From Candidatus Iainarchaeum sp. (lineage in GTDB: Archaea; Iainarchaeota; Iainarchaeia; Iainarchaeales; UBA10219), in the NCBI GenBank assembly GCA_018304425.1, contig JAGVWE010000002.1, forward strand, positions 288,001 to 352,000: a stretch of 64,000 nucleotides of DNA. Direction: 5' to 3'. The position numbers and the translations under genes are program-made. The notes below the pieces were generated by a model. That model was not told where the DNA came from and ran no database searches. It worked only from the letters and a program-made list of their open reading frames with translations. Positions 16,766-26,108 of the stretch are shown in pieces (within the stretch, counting starts at the first letter, position 1; each line of letters starts with the position of its first letter).

Positions 16766-17842
16766 ATGTTTGACTTGTTGAAGAACAAGCTGACTTCTTT
16801 CACCGAAAAACTCAGGCAAGGGCTGGAAGGCAAGGTCCGGCCAACGGCGGAAAAGCCAGTGGAAGAGCCGAACCGGGAAATAAACGTGCTGGGCGAGGAG
16901 CGGAAGCCCGAGGAAAAGCTCCAGGAATTGCGGCAAGCTGATCACCGCGAGTTGAAGGCCCGCGTCGGTATCGGGAAAGCGGTTGCCGGATTGTTCACGG
17001 GCGAAGTCAAAATCGAGGAAAAGGACTTGCGGGGGTTCCTCGAAGAACTCGAACTGGCCCTCCTGGAGGCGGACGTCGAACAGGAAACCGCGTTGCAGTT
17101 GGTGGAAGAAATCCAGAGGGAATTGAACGGCAAGAAGGCAAAGGCCAGCGACCTGAATGGGTTCCTCCGCCTGGAAATGAAGAAGGCCCTGCTGAAACTC
17201 GTTGAAACGAAGGCCTTGGACCTGCTGGGTGCCTGCGCGAAGAAGAAGCCCTTCGTGGTGCTGTTGCTGGGGCCGAATGGGGCCGGGAAGACGACGACGA
17301 TTGCGAAGCTGACTGCCTACTTGCAAAAGCACGGCAAGCGCGTGGTGTGGGCTGCTTCCGACACGTTCCGCGCCGCGAGCATCGAGCAACTGGAAGAGCA
17401 CGCAAAGCGGTTGGGCGTGCGGGTCGTGAAGCACACGTATGGCGCTGACCCGGCGGCCGTGGCGTTTGACGCCGTGAAGGCCGCGGAAGCCGGCCGCTTC
17501 GATGTGGTGTTGATTGATTCGGCGGGGAGGCAGGAAACCAACCGCAACCTCATGGAGGAATTGAAGAAGATAAACCGGGTGGTGAAGCCGGACTTGCGGG
17601 TGTACGTCGGCGAAGCCTATGCCGGCCAGGCCTTATTGGGGCAGGCCACGGAATTCGACCGGGAACTGGGGTTGGACGGCTTCGTGTTGACCAAGATTGA
17701 CGCGGACGCAAAGGGCGGCACCGCCCTCTCCCTCTTGCACCGGCTACGAAAGCCCATCCTGTTCGTGGGCACGGGCCAACGCTACGAGGACCTGGTGGAA
17801 TTCAAGCCGGAATTCATCGTGGAAAGAGTGATTGGGGGTTAG
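16766..17842 (+). CDS. ftsY: Signal recognition particle receptor FtsY
   Basis: GPNGAGKTTTIAK, DTFRAASIEQL, DSAGR, TKIDADAKGG, GTGQRYEDL. Confidence 0.96.
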   Translation: MFDLLKNKLTSFTEKLRQGLEGKVRPTAEKPVEEPNREINVLGEERKPEEKLQELRQADHRELKARVGIGKAVAGLFTGEVKIEEKDLRGFLEELELALLEADVEQETALQLVEEIQRELNGKKAKASDLNGFLRLEMKKALLKLVETKALDLLGACAKKKPFVVLLLGPNGAGKTTTIAKLTAYLQKHGKRVVWAASDTFRAASIEQLEEHAKRLGVRVVKHTYGADPAAVAFDAVKAAEAGRFDVVLIDSAGRQETNRNLMEELKKINRVVKPDLRVYVGEAYAGQALLGQATEFDRELGLDGFVLTKIDADAKGGTALSLLHRLRKPILFVGTGQRYEDLVEFKPEFIVERVIGG

Positions 17843-18106
17843 GCGGCCCCGCCAGATTCCGGAAGGCTGAACCCATTGGACAGGCAACCTGGAGTTGGCT
17901 GTTCTCCCTGAGCGCCTTGGACAGAAATGGGGGCGCTGCTGGAAGGAAGGGCGCCCGCGCAATATATTTATAAAGAGTTTAAGCCCTATAAGTATTGAAT
18001 TGATTTGCTGTTTCGACCTCTTTTTGCGTCAAGGACTTCACTGGCTTGGTGCAGTGGTTCCTGGGCCCGGGGTTGAAGGCAAACGAAATTAAATGGAGGA
18101 AATTGA

Positions 18107-18499
18107 ATGGCTTTTAGTAAATACAATACCAATCGGTTCAAGGCCGAACCCCCCGTCAAGGAAGGCGAGGTCTACGATGTCGAAATCCTTTCCATTGGGG
18201 AAAAGGGAGACGGCATCGCGAAGGTGCAGGGCTTTGTCATTGTCGTTCCAGGCACGAAGAAAGGCGACAAGGTCAAAGTCAAGGTCAACGCCGTGAGAGG
18301 CAAGGTCTCTTTCGGGGAAGTGGTTGGCGCATCCGAGGGACAACCAGCGGAAGCCGGAGAAGAAGCGGGTGCGGGCTCCCAAGAAGAGTCCGGTGACTTC
18401 GAAGCCGGGGAAGGCGCTGGAGGCGAGGACGAGGAAACAGAGGAAGAAGCCGATGCCGGTGAAGGAAACGACGAGTTCGAGGCAGAGGAAGGAAACTAG
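18107..18499 (+). CDS. TRAM-domain RNA-binding protein with acidic tail
   Basis: PPVKEGEVYDVEILSIGEKGDGIAKVQGFVIVVPG; GGAGG RBS. Confidence 0.92.
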   Translation: MAFSKYNTNRFKAEPPVKEGEVYDVEILSIGEKGDGIAKVQGFVIVVPGTKKGDKVKVKVNAVRGKVSFGEVVGASEGQPAEAGEEAGAGSQEESGDFEAGEGAGGEDEETEEEADAGEGNDEFEAEEGN

Positions 18500-18518
18500 G
18501 CAATCAGGAGGACCCCAA

Positions 18519-18665
18519 ATGGAAGAACTGGAACTGAAACCCACGGAAGAGCTGAGACTCAAACTGTTGGAAGAAGAATTCAAGCTGCGGCAGAAACAGC
18601 CCCAGGCTTGGACCAAGACCAAGTACCGGCCCTACGCCAATTTCAGGCGGCCGAAAACCGAGTAA
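18519..18665 (+). CDS. Small protein (48 aa)
   Basis: AGGAGG RBS, ATG at 18519, followed by terminator. Confidence 0.6.
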   Translation: MEELELKPTEELRLKLLEEEFKLRQKQPQAWTKTKYRPYANFRRPKTE

Positions 18666-18673
18666 GGAAACCA

Positions 18674-18715
18674 GGAAGTGCCCCCAACGGGGGGGCTCAT
18701 TCCACTCTTTTTTTT
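18674..18715 (+). terminator. Hairpin plus T-tract terminator
   Basis: GCCCCC-AACG-GGGGGC stem followed by T8. Confidence 0.6.
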
Positions 18716-18838
18716 CGCTCCCACGCGGAAAATTCGCCAAAAACCAGGCAAAAGCCTGGCTTTGGTCGAAAACCTTATTAACCCAAAAAACGATTATACG
18801 TAAAAATTCCCGGCAACGGGAATGCGAGGAGGGTTAAA

Positions 18839-19027
18839 ATGGGAGACTATCTACGAACAAAGCCGATGGCGGTCGCGGGAGCAATCATGGCCGTCGTCGC
18901 CTATGTCTGGAACATGTTTGTTGCAAGCATGCTGACCAGCCTGCCAGCCCCAGTTGGATCTATCGTCACCTGGGCCGTCTGGTTTGCCGTGTTCGCGCTC
19001 GTCTACAACCGAGTCCAGATGATATAA
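18839..19027 (+). CDS. Small 2-TM membrane protein
   Basis: GAGGAGG RBS, CTTATTAA box, two hydrophobic helices. Confidence 0.7.
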   Translation: MGDYLRTKPMAVAGAIMAVVAYVWNMFVASMLTSLPAPVGSIVTWAVWFAVFALVYNRVQMI

Positions 19028-19050
19028 ACTTGAAACCCGGATAGGGTTCG

Positions 19051-19094
19051 GTTGAAGAGCCAGGCATTGGACTCTTCAACGTCTTCCCCTTTTT
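19051..19094 (+). terminator. Stem-loop terminator
   Basis: GTTGAAGAGCCA/TGGACTCTTCAAC stem then pyrimidine/T tract. Confidence 0.5.
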
Positions 19095-19170
19095 CCGTGG
19101 CCTACTGCCACGGGTGGCAGAGCCAACCACGCCTATTTAATTGTTTTTACGCCTACTTTTTTGGGTTGAA

Positions 19171-20514
19171 ATGGACTTCGGGGAAAAGCTTCGGCGCGCC
19201 ATTGAACGGCTGAAAGCCGGCAGCGTTGACCAGGCCACGGTCAAGGAAGCCGTCAAGGAACTCCAGCGAGCGCTCATCTCCGCCGACGTCGACGTGGGCC
19301 TAGTCCTGGACCTCAGCAAGAAGCTGGAGGCGCGTGCGTTCGAGGAGCTCCCCAAGGGAGTCAACCGAAGAGAGCACGTCGTCAAGGTCACGTACGAATT
19401 GTTGTCCGCGTTGCTTGGCGGCGGAACCCACGCTGTGCCAGAGAAACCAAAACGCATTTTGCTGGTCGGGCTCTACGGCAACGGGAAAACCACATCCTGT
19501 TCCAAGCTCGCCAAGTGGTATGCCAAGCGCGGCCTGAAAGTCGGCTTGGTGTGCGCGGATGTGGCGCGGCCCGCGGCCTATGACCAGTTGAAGCAGTTGA
19601 GCGAGCGGATTGGCGTGCCGTTCTATGGCGACAAGGAAGAGAAACACGCCGAACGCATCGTTGAAGAGGGCCTCAAGCGGCACGCGAAAGCCGACCTGGT
19701 CCTCGTGGACTCGGCGGGAAGGAATGGCTTGGACGAGGAGCTGACCCGGGAAATCAAGGCCGTGAACCGCGTGTTCGAGCCCGAGCAGACCTGGCTGGTG
19801 CTGGGAGCCGATTTGGGGCAAGTGGCCAGAAAACAGGCGCAGGCCTTCCACGACAGCGTGGGAGTCAACGGGGTCATCCTCACGCGGATGGATGGCTCGG
19901 CCAAGGGCGGGGGCGCGTTGGCCGCGTGCGCGCTGACGAAGGCCCCGGTGTACTTCCTGGGCACGGGCGAGAAACTCGACGACTTCGAGGAATTCGAGGC
20001 CGAACGGTACCTGAGCCGGGTCATGGGCTATGGAGACCTGAAAGCGCTGTTGGAAAAAGTCAAGGAACTCGAGTTCGACGAGGAAAAAGCGAAAGCCGTC
20101 CTGGAAGGCGAGTTCAACTTGCAGATGTTCTACGACCAGCTGGCGGCCGCACGGTCCATGGGGCCGCTGGACAAGGTCATGGAAATGATGGGCGTGAAAT
20201 CCCAGCTGCCCCGCGAAGCCATTGACGTCAGCGAAAAAAAGCTGGAAACCTTCAAGGTGCTCATGGACTCCATGACGAAACAAGAGAAGAAGCAGCCCGA
20301 GCTGATGAGCCACGCGCGCCTGGAACGCATCTGCAAGGGCGCGGGAAGGAAAATCGAGGAAGCCCGGGAACTCATGGCCCACTACAAGAAGATGAAGAAG
20401 ATGTTCAAGCAGTTCTCAAAACTCGACAGCAAAGACATGGAACAAGGCAACATGCAGAAACTCTTTGCGAAGATGCAGGCCAAGAAAAAACAGAAAAAGC
20501 TGAGGCTGAAATGA
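19171..20514 (+). CDS. srp54: Signal recognition particle protein SRP54
   Basis: LQRALISADV, GLYGNGKTT, DSAGR, DGSAKGGG, Met-rich M domain. Confidence 0.96.
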   Translation: MDFGEKLRRAIERLKAGSVDQATVKEAVKELQRALISADVDVGLVLDLSKKLEARAFEELPKGVNRREHVVKVTYELLSALLGGGTHAVPEKPKRILLVGLYGNGKTTSCSKLAKWYAKRGLKVGLVCADVARPAAYDQLKQLSERIGVPFYGDKEEKHAERIVEEGLKRHAKADLVLVDSAGRNGLDEELTREIKAVNRVFEPEQTWLVLGADLGQVARKQAQAFHDSVGVNGVILTRMDGSAKGGGALAACALTKAPVYFLGTGEKLDDFEEFEAERYLSRVMGYGDLKALLEKVKELEFDEEKAKAVLEGEFNLQMFYDQLAAARSMGPLDKVMEMMGVKSQLPREAIDVSEKKLETFKVLMDSMTKQEKKQPELMSHARLERICKGAGRKIEEARELMAHYKKMKKMFKQFSKLDSKDMEQGNMQKLFAKMQAKKKQKKLRLK

Positions 20515-21341
20515 TGGAATACCTGGAAGCCGTGCGAGCAGGGCTGGCCGTGGCGGCCAGCGCGGTCGCCGCCTACACCGACTGGAAGACGGGCTTCATT
20601 TACGACAAGTTGACGTATCCCTTGATTGGGGTCGGGGTGCTGGCCAACCTGTGGCCGGCCTTCGAGCCCTGGAACTTCGCGCCGGCCCTGGTCGTGTTCG
20701 GGGCCGGCTATGCCTTGTACTACGCGGGCAAGGTGGGCGGGGGAGACGTGAAACTGTTCACGGGGTTGAGCTTGTTGGTGCCCTACCAGCAGGGCTTGCC
20801 CTTCGTCGTGCCCGTGCTGTTGTTGTCCACGGTGAGCGCGGTGGTCTGGATGGGCGCGAATTATTTGCCGCGGTATGCGCGGAAAGGCATTGACTGGAAG
20901 GAAAACCGGAAAGGCCTCCAAAAAGGCTTGTTGTTGGCCGCGGTGATAACTGCTTACTTTGGGTTCTTGTGGGGACTGGGGCGCTTTACCTGGGTGCAGG
21001 GACTCTGGCTCGGCGTGCCCCTGGCGTTGGCCGTGGCCTTCACCGCGCTCGAGAACGGCATCCGCCGGGAATTCTTTTTGACGCACGTGAAGGTGGCGGA
21101 GTTGGAGGAAGACGAGTTGCTGGCCGTGGAGTTCCTGCCGCCGGGCCTCGCGGAAAAGCTGGGCACGGGCTTCAAGGGCGTGATCGAAGAAAAAGACCAG
21201 GCGCGGTTCAAGGAAATGGGCATGGAAACGGTGCCGGTCTACCGGAACCTGCCAAGGTTCGGGCCCTTCATCTTCCTGGGTGTAGTACTGGCGCTGTACG
21301 TTCCCAAAGCCTTTGAGTGGTTGACGGGGTGGAGGCCTTGA
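20514..21341 (+). CDS. Prepilin peptidase (A24 family)
   Basis: YTDWKT and GGGDVK catalytic Asp motifs, multi-TM, PRFGPFI C-terminus. Confidence 0.88.
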   Translation: MEYLEAVRAGLAVAASAVAAYTDWKTGFIYDKLTYPLIGVGVLANLWPAFEPWNFAPALVVFGAGYALYYAGKVGGGDVKLFTGLSLLVPYQQGLPFVVPVLLLSTVSAVVWMGANYLPRYARKGIDWKENRKGLQKGLLLAAVITAYFGFLWGLGRFTWVQGLWLGVPLALAVAFTALENGIRREFFLTHVKVAELEEDELLAVEFLPPGLAEKLGTGFKGVIEEKDQARFKEMGMETVPVYRNLPRFGPFIFLGVVLALYVPKAFEWLTGWRP

Positions 21342-22411
21342 ACGAAAAAAAGTTCATGGCGTTGGCCCTTGAACTGGCGGAAAAAGGCCGGGGCCTAGTG
21401 AGCCCGAACCCGATGGTGGGCGCGGTGATTGTCAAAGGCGGAAGGGTAGTTGGCAGGGGTTGGCATGCCCGGTACGGGGAAGCGCACGCCGAAGTCAATG
21501 CCCTGCGGAAGGCCGGAAAGCGGGTGCATGGGGCCACGGCGTACGTGTCCTTGGAGCCCTGCGGTCATTGGGGCAGGCAGCCGCCGTGCACGCAGGCCCT
21601 CCTCGATGCCGGCATTTCGAAAGTCGTGTATGCCTGCCGCGACCCCAGCCCCTGGGTGAACGGGCGCGGCCACCACGAGTTGGCGAAGGCCGGAATCAAG
21701 GTCAAGGGAGGCGTGCTGGAACGGGAGGCCCAGGAGTTGAACCGCGCCTACTTCAAGCGCGTGAAAACCGGGCTGTCCTGGGTGGTGTTAAAAGTAGCCA
21801 TGAGCGCGGACGGGAAAATCGCGGGTCAGAAGGGAAAGTGGATTACGGGAAAACGGGCGAGGAAGGAAGGGCAGCGGTTGCGGGTCGCCTCGGACGCCGT
21901 TTTGACGGGCATTGGCACGGTGTTGAAGGACGACCCGAGGCTCACGGTGCGGGGGAAGCGGGAGTGGCAGCCCCTGCGGTTGGTGGTGGACTCCAGGCTG
22001 AGAATGCCGTTGAATGCACGCATGCTGAGAGAAGAAGGCCGAACCGTGGTGTTCACGACGAAAAAGGCCGCGAAGAAGAAAATCAAGGCATTGGAGGGAA
22101 GGAAGGGCGTTGAAGTGGTTGTTGGAAAAGAAAAACACGGGGAAGTGGACTTGAAGTGGGTAATGAAGGAGCTGGGCGATGCGGACTTTAACCAGGTGCT
22201 GGTGGAAGCAGGCAGGGAGTTAAACACCGCCTTGTTGAAGGCAGGGTTGGTGGACGAGCTGGCGTTGTTCGTGGCCCCGAAAAGAATCGGAGCCAAGGGG
22301 TTGGACGTGTTTGACGCAACGGCATTGAAGGGCTGGAAAACCCGGTTAACGGGCTTGGCCGTGAAGCGGCTGGGAGTGGATTGGCTGTTGGCGGCCAGGC
22401 TCCGGCCTTAA
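21338..22411 (+). CDS. ribD: Bifunctional riboflavin biosynthesis deaminase/reductase RibD
   Basis: SPNPMVGAVIV, HAEV, LEPCGH..PPC, SADGKIA, DDPRLTVR, VEAG. Confidence 0.93.
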   Translation: MNEKKFMALALELAEKGRGLVSPNPMVGAVIVKGGRVVGRGWHARYGEAHAEVNALRKAGKRVHGATAYVSLEPCGHWGRQPPCTQALLDAGISKVVYACRDPSPWVNGRGHHELAKAGIKVKGGVLEREAQELNRAYFKRVKTGLSWVVLKVAMSADGKIAGQKGKWITGKRARKEGQRLRVASDAVLTGIGTVLKDDPRLTVRGKREWQPLRLVVDSRLRMPLNARMLREEGRTVVFTTKKAAKKKIKALEGRKGVEVVVGKEKHGEVDLKWVMKELGDADFNQVLVEAGRELNTALLKAGLVDELALFVAPKRIGAKGLDVFDATALKGWKTRLTGLAVKRLGVDWLLAARLRP

Positions 22412-23448
22412 GCGAACCCAACGCCTTTCACGGTCACGCGGCCGGGTTGGCCGAGGTCGCCCACGATGGAAATTTCGCAGTCCAGGAACTGCTTGGTCAC
22501 CGCGATGCTGGAAAGCAGGTGCTGGGAAACCTCCGCGCACTGGAAGAAGGAAGTGCCCTTCGCGAGGCCCATGAAGGGAATGAGTTGGTCCGCGAGGTGC
22601 ACGTCCACGGGGCGAAGGGAGCGAAGGGATTTCAGGAGGTGCACGGCCGCTTCCTCTCCCACGGTCACTGCGGGCTTGCCCTTCGCGCCCAAGGCGTTCG
22701 CGCCCAAGTGAGCTCCATTGTCAAAGCAGGCGAGCAAGTCAAGGCCGCTGCCAATCGTATCGGAATGCGGCGCGGCCTCAATGGATTCAATCCACTCGCA
22801 GTCGAATTCCTCGAGCTTCTTGTGCGCGGCCCTTGCCTGGTTGACGGCAACTTCCCGGGGAAGGGAAGCACAGTGGGAAACGCATTGAATGGACTGGAGT
22901 TGGCCGAGTTCCGTGAAGTCAACGGCCTTCAAGGGAAGCCGGCCTGGAACGGACTTGAAGGAAACGGCGCCATTACCCTTGGGATAGTAACCGCGCTTGT
23001 TCAACGAGAACTCGAAGTGCACGCCGAACGCCTTCAAGGCGGGCTGCAGGACCCCGGAAAAGTAGTTGGCTGGAGGAGCAAAGGGAACATCCGTTCCCCC
23101 CATCACGCGCAGCCGGACTTCCTCGCGCAGGGAAGGAGGCAAGAGGGCCTGCAACAACAGCGTCACGCTGCCCGCCGAACCGATGTTGACCTGGAGCGAG
23201 GAAGGCCGCACCTTCCCAGGCTTGAAGGTCAGCTGCCTGCTTTCCTTGACCGCGCCCTCGATTTCCGCGTGACAGGTTTCGGCAAGCGTTTTCACGGCCG
23301 TGAAGTGCTGGGGCTGGAGCCCCGGGTTGGGGCGGTTGGAGCGAATCGAGGAAATCGTGAACGGTTTGCCGGTAAGCGCTGACAAGGCCAGGCTCGTGCG
23401 CAGGACCTGGCCGCCGGCCGCGCCATCGACTGGAATGGGTTCAGGCAT
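22408..23448 (-). CDS. rtcA: RNA 3'-terminal phosphate cyclase
   Basis: GGQVLRTSLALS, PGLQPQH, GGTDV, RGYYPKGNG, HLADQL. Confidence 0.93.
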   Translation of the reverse strand: MPEPIPVDGAAGGQVLRTSLALSALTGKPFTISSIRSNRPNPGLQPQHFTAVKTLAETCHAEIEGAVKESRQLTFKPGKVRPSSLQVNIGSAGSVTLLLQALLPPSLREEVRLRVMGGTDVPFAPPANYFSGVLQPALKAFGVHFEFSLNKRGYYPKGNGAVSFKSVPGRLPLKAVDFTELGQLQSIQCVSHCASLPREVAVNQARAAHKKLEEFDCEWIESIEAAPHSDTIGSGLDLLACFDNGAHLGANALGAKGKPAVTVGEEAAVHLLKSLRSLRPVDVHLADQLIPFMGLAKGTSFFQCAEVSQHLLSSIAVTKQFLDCEISIVGDLGQPGRVTVKGVGFA

Positions 23449-23507
23449 ACGGAAAGGAGCTGGCAAAAAGTTAATAATGGGTTTCCAGGCCAATTACCTG
23501 GATTCGC

Positions 23508-24419
23508 ATGCGCATACTGGTAACGGGGGGAGACGGTTTCATTGGAAGCAAGCTCGTGGCCTTGCTGCGGAAGCGCGGCCACTATGTGCGGGAATTCAAG
23601 GGCGAAATCGCGGACAAAGCCAACGTCGAACGGCAGGTAAGGGGCTTTGACGCGGTCTGCCATTTGGCTGCTCTCATCGACGAAACGGCTGGCAGGCAGC
23701 GGCTGTTCGAAGTCAATGTGAACGGAACGAAGAACGTGTTGGAGGCCGCGGCCCAGGCACGCGTGCAACGGTTCCTCCACGTGAGCACGGTGGGCGTGCA
23801 CGGCGAAGCCAGGGAAAAAATTGACGAGAACGCGGCGTTCCACCCGGAAACGGGTTACGAGCAAAGCAAGGCCGAAGCCGAGAAACTCGTGCATGCTTAC
23901 CTGGAAGTGCTGCCCCTGACCATTGTCCGGCCCGCCCTGGTCTTGGGCGCCAACGAGTACTGGCGGAAAATAATCGACCAGGTCGCAAAGGGTTTCCCAT
24001 TGATTGGGTCGGGGAAAAACCGGTGGCAAATCGTGTACGTGGACGACCTGGTGGAGGCCTTGGCCGGGCTGTTGGGAAGAGAGGACGCCATCGGCGAAAC
24101 CTACATCGTGGCCGAGGAAAAGCCGAGCACGCTCCGCGAAATCTACGAGGAAATCAACCACCAGCTGGGCAGGAAAGAGCCCGTGAAAACGCTGGCCCCC
24201 GTGGCGGCGAAAGCCCTGTCCTATGTTTTCTTGGCGCAGAGCCTGGTCACGGGAAAAAAGTCCATTCTCTTACCTCAGCACGTCGACCGCGTGGTGCGCA
24301 ACCGGGAATACTCGATTGAAAAGATAAAAGCCCTGGGCTGGAAGCCGAAGTACGACGCCAAGGCCGCGGTAGCCAAGATGTTCGAAGAGTTCAAGGAAAA
24401 CGGCGTGGAGTGGGGCTAG
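23508..24419 (+). CDS. NAD-dependent epimerase/dehydratase
   Basis: ILVTGGDGFIGS, HLAA, YEQSK catalytic motif. Confidence 0.9.
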   Translation: MRILVTGGDGFIGSKLVALLRKRGHYVREFKGEIADKANVERQVRGFDAVCHLAALIDETAGRQRLFEVNVNGTKNVLEAAAQARVQRFLHVSTVGVHGEAREKIDENAAFHPETGYEQSKAEAEKLVHAYLEVLPLTIVRPALVLGANEYWRKIIDQVAKGFPLIGSGKNRWQIVYVDDLVEALAGLLGREDAIGETYIVAEEKPSTLREIYEEINHQLGRKEPVKTLAPVAAKALSYVFLAQSLVTGKKSILLPQHVDRVVRNREYSIEKIKALGWKPKYDAKAAVAKMFEEFKENGVEWG

Positions 24420-25207
24420 TGGCGACGCGTCCGCGACTTGGAAGGCGGTTTGGCCGGCACGGCTGGCTCGCCTGATTTTTGTGTCTGGGCCAACATACGA
24501 GTGAGTTCCGCGACCACATCGGGCAAAATGCCTTGCTCGTAAAACTCCCAAATCTTGGCCGGCTTTAAATGGGCTAACAGCAAAACCAGTTGGTGCGGGC
24601 GAACACGCAACAGGACGCGGGCCTTCTTCACCGGCAGGGCGGCGAGGAGTTTGGCCAGCCGTTTGGGTCCCACCTCGTCCCACAAGTGCGAGTGTTCGGC
24701 CGGCGGCAGTTTCTTCAACAGGGCATTCACGGCTTGCTTGCCGGCTTCCAGGTAAAAGGCCCAGGCCCGTGACGGCGGAAAGGCCGTTGTCAGAACCTGC
24801 GCGTCCCGCAGGCCGGCGGTGGCCAAGAACTTCTCCGCGTCCCGCGGATTTAGGTCATCCAACACGCGCTCGAGGAAAGCCAGGTTGGCGCGGGTGCGGG
24901 GCAGGTTCCGCGGCACGAAGCAGTCTGTGAGGATTGCCTGCGTGCGCGGCACGCCAAGAACGTTTGTGAGCGCGGCGAGTTGGTGGCGTGGAAGGAACCA
25001 CGCGGCGGCAAGCACCGACCTTGGCCTAGAGTTGAGGGCCAGGAGTTTCTTCACGCTTGGCGCATGATAGCGCTCGACGGCCATCACTTCCCGCACCCAG
25101 CGGGCATTGGAATCATGAGGCGGCTCGAACAGGTGCTTATGTCCACGCAAGGGAACGGTTGGAGGGGGTCGCCTGCCGAAGGCCATGAAAGAAAAGGGTG
25201 CGACCAA
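24416..25207 (-). CDS. Hypothetical helical basic protein
   Basis: 263-aa ORF, Pro/Arg-rich termini; start could be 25186. Confidence 0.55.
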   Translation of the reverse strand: MVAPFSFMAFGRRPPPTVPLRGHKHLFEPPHDSNARWVREVMAVERYHAPSVKKLLALNSRPRSVLAAAWFLPRHQLAALTNVLGVPRTQAILTDCFVPRNLPRTRANLAFLERVLDDLNPRDAEKFLATAGLRDAQVLTTAFPPSRAWAFYLEAGKQAVNALLKKLPPAEHSHLWDEVGPKRLAKLLAALPVKKARVLLRVRPHQLVLLLAHLKPAKIWEFYEQGILPDVVAELTRMLAQTQKSGEPAVPAKPPSKSRTRRH

Positions 25208-25222
25208 ATATATAAAATTAAG

Positions 25223-26020
25223 CTATTTTCTTTCCTTCGCGGCTTTTCTCGCGCCGTTGCAGAGCGCGGAAATGAGTTGCCTGCACTTGCCCAGGTCGCC
25301 GTTGGCTTTCTCGATGGCAGTTCCAACATGCAGGATGTCGGCCCCGGCCTTGACGGACTCGTACGCGAACTTTTCATCGCGCACCCCGCCCGCGACCACG
25401 ATGGGGATGTCGACCAACTGGCGCGTGTAGGCAATCATGTCCCTGGGAGCGGGGCTCTCGGCGCCGCCACCGGATTCAAGAATCGCAAGGCTCGCGCCCA
25501 TGTACTGGCCGGCCAGCGCGGTGATGCCGGCCAGGTAGGGGAGATGGCGGGGAACCGTTTGCGCACGCGAAATCCAGCCAACGGCTCTGCCGGGTTCCAC
25601 GATGATGTAAGCGGTGGGAATGGTTTCCAAGCCCAATTGCTTGATGGGGTAACTCGCGGCGGTCTGCGCGCCCGTACTCCAATAGGGGTCGAGCGAGTTC
25701 ATGACGTACATGAAGTAGACGGCGTCCGCGTGCTTGGAAATCGTGGCGATGTTGCCGGGAAACAGGATGACCGGCAGCTTGGAGTTTTCCTTGAGGGCCA
25801 GGATGACGTCGTCGAGGAGCTTGCCTTGCGCGCCCACCGAGCCTCCCACGGCAAAGGCATCGATGCCGGACTCGGCTGCAATCTTCGCGATTTTTCCCGC
25901 GGTCTCCACGCCGAGCTCCGGGGGGTCCACTTGCTGGAAGACCAGGGAACCCTTTTCCTCGAGTTGCTTCAAGATGCCGCGGTACACCCGCCCATACCGG
26001 TTCTCGCAACTGTACTTCAT
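25223..26020 (-). CDS. Geranylgeranylglyceryl phosphate synthase (GGGPS/PcrB family)
   Basis: QVDP, VGGS, LPVILFPG, PTAYIIVEPG, LESGGGA, VAGGVR. Confidence 0.9.
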   Translation of the reverse strand: MKYSCENRYGRVYRGILKQLEEKGSLVFQQVDPPELGVETAGKIAKIAAESGIDAFAVGGSVGAQGKLLDDVILALKENSKLPVILFPGNIATISKHADAVYFMYVMNSLDPYWSTGAQTAASYPIKQLGLETIPTAYIIVEPGRAVGWISRAQTVPRHLPYLAGITALAGQYMGASLAILESGGGAESPAPRDMIAYTRQLVDIPIVVAGGVRDEKFAYESVKAGADILHVGTAIEKANGDLGKCRQLISALCNGARKAAKERK

Positions 26021-26108
26021 ACGGATGACTTGGAAAAAGGGTTATATAAAGCCGGCTGGTGCCGGCTGGACACACTACGTCGTCCCCCTTACAGGGGGAC
26101 ATAAATAG

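Noticed and set aside
17843-17960. GC-rich spacer after ftsY as SRP RNA
   Set aside because: Too short for archaeal 7S RNA, and I could not find the helix 8 GNRA/AGCAG signature on either strand.
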